Assembly (NCBI GenBank): GCA_964549305.1
Contig: CAZJVM010000050.1
Location: forward strand, 1-17,450
DNA length: 17,450 nt
Source: an uncultured bacterium
GTDB taxonomy: Bacteria > Schekmanbacteria > GWA2-38-11 > J061
Direction of reading: 5' to 3'
In this document: piece after piece, positions 16,550 to 17,450 of the stretch
How positions within the stretch are numbered: position 1 is the stretch's first letter
How the letters are laid out: the number at the start of each line of letters is the position of its first letter
The notes under the pieces: model-generated
Seen by the model: only the letters and a program-made list of their open reading frames with translations
Told to the model about the DNA's origin: nothing
The model's database searches: none
Position numbers and translations under genes: made by a program

Positions 16550-17021
16550 ATCAGGGCGGGGATTTTTTAAACTTGTCATAAAAATATTTAGAAGAAAAAA
16601 AGAACAGAACTTAAACCGGGGCAGACTGAATTACACCTTAATCAACCCGTTTATTTTGTCTTGACGATGGGGTAAGTTAAGTCACAATTATTTTAAATGG
16701 AAAAACAGGCGGTTCCCGAAAGAGTAATGACATCTCATATGGAATCTATTGGGGAAGAGGAGGTATACACTGGTGCTGATAAATAACAGTAATATTTTTC
16801 ATAACAGATTAAAAATATTCTTTATTATATAAATTAAACCATTTTATAACATAAAATTATATATGTTTGTTTAAGTGCCGGGCGTTGTTCTTTTGAATAC
16901 TGCAAAGAAAAAATCACAATGAATTCTCAGGCGAAGGTCATATTTTTATCTGTTCTCCAAAATATATAGTCGGTACATAGAAAATCAGAGATATAAAAGT
17001 TTCAATAATTACAATTTCTTC

Positions 17022-17050
17022 TTGACATATTTATGTGCTGATACTATAAA
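17022..17050 (+). promoter_or_regulatory. Sigma70 promoter of the tRNA operon
   Basis: TTGACA (17022-17027)-17 nt-TATAAA (17045-17050), followed by GCGG (discriminator-like), with AT-rich upstream DNA, 39 nt before tRNA-Thr. Confidence 0.8.
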
Positions 17051-17089
17051 GCGGAATTTACTTGAAGGCAATACAATACAGGTGTGCAC

Positions 17090-17161
17090 GCCGATGTAGC
17101 TCAACGGTAGAGCAGCTGATTTGTAATCAGCAGGTTGGAGGTTCAAGTCCTCTCATCGGCT
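17090..17161 (+). tRNA. tRNA-Thr(UGU)
   Basis: Acceptor GCCGATG/CATCGGC, D-arm GCTC/GAGC, anticodon arm GCTGA-TTTGTAA-TCAGC (TGT at 17122-17124), T-arm GGAGG-TTCAAGT-CCTCT. CCA is not encoded. Confidence 0.97.
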
Positions 17162-17188
17162 CTGGGCAGGCGTTGACCCTGTAGGAAT

Positions 17189-17218
17189 GACGAGGTTTTT
17201 ATCCCGTCTTTATTTTTT
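17189..17218 (+). terminator. Imperfect terminator-like hairpin between the two tRNAs
   Basis: GACGAGGT-TTTT-ATCCCGTC (one A-C mismatch, one G-U pair) followed by TTTATTTTTT. Confidence 0.35.
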
Positions 17219-17333
17219 AAACTTACAAAAAGTTTTTAGGGTGGCTACTGAATAAATTTTAAAATTATTTTCTCCTCAGACTAACAATCCAAATTAAAGT
17301 ACATACAAAGAAGGTTGTCTATAGTTTTTATCA

Positions 17334-17415
17334 GGGGAGGTTGCCGAGCGGTCAAAGGCAGCAGACTGTAAATCTGCCGGCGAAGCCTTCGGAGGTTCGA
17401 ATCCTCCCCTCCCCA
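17334..17415 (+). tRNA. tRNA-Tyr(GUA)
   Basis: Acceptor GGGGAGG/CCTCCCC, anticodon arm GCAGA-CTGTAAA-TCTGC (GTA at 17368-17370), type II variable arm GGC-GAA-GCC, T-arm GGAGG-TTCGAAT-CCTCC. CCA is not encoded. Confidence 0.97.
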
Positions 17416-17450
17416 ATGCGGTTTGAAGGGAAAAAGATAATTCGGGATTA

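Noticed and set aside
16550-17020. Riboswitch, known ncRNA or CRISPR array in the long intergenic region
   Set aside because: No regularly spaced repeats and no aptamer consensus that I can recognise. An Rfam/Infernal scan would be needed to exclude it fully.

Overview
AT-rich bacterial chromosomal segment. It probably comes from an anaerobe or microaerophile of a deltaproteobacteria-like or related lineage; this is an inference from the c-type-heme periplasmic sensor and the GAF/PAS-rich kinase. Left to right: 3' half of an MFS transporter (+); VOC/glyoxalase protein (-); polytopic GT-C-like membrane glycosyltransferase (-); divergent GT4 glycosyltransferase coupled to a Cys-rich ATC-hydrolase/V4R-like protein (+); then a four-gene signalling block. 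That block holds a 1737-aa cytoplasmic GAF/PAS hybrid histidine kinase (-), an Xis/MerR-type HTH-receiver regulator (+), a membrane diguanylate cyclase with two periplasmic CxxCH heme-c motifs (-), and a stand-alone 68-aa Xis/MerR-type HTH protein (+). It is followed by a DAACS glutamate/aspartate symporter with an EAAT-type TM7 motif, a Mut7-C RNase-domain protein (-), pabB-pabC, an AT-rich spacer, a near-consensus sigma70 promoter, tRNA-Thr(UGU) and tRNA-Tyr(GUA). I saw no CRISPR array, integrase or transposase. The best candidate for an undescribed system is the signalling block: two 'sensor gene <- -> Xis/MerR-HTH gene' divergons in tandem, each with candidate operator repeats over the shared promoter region.
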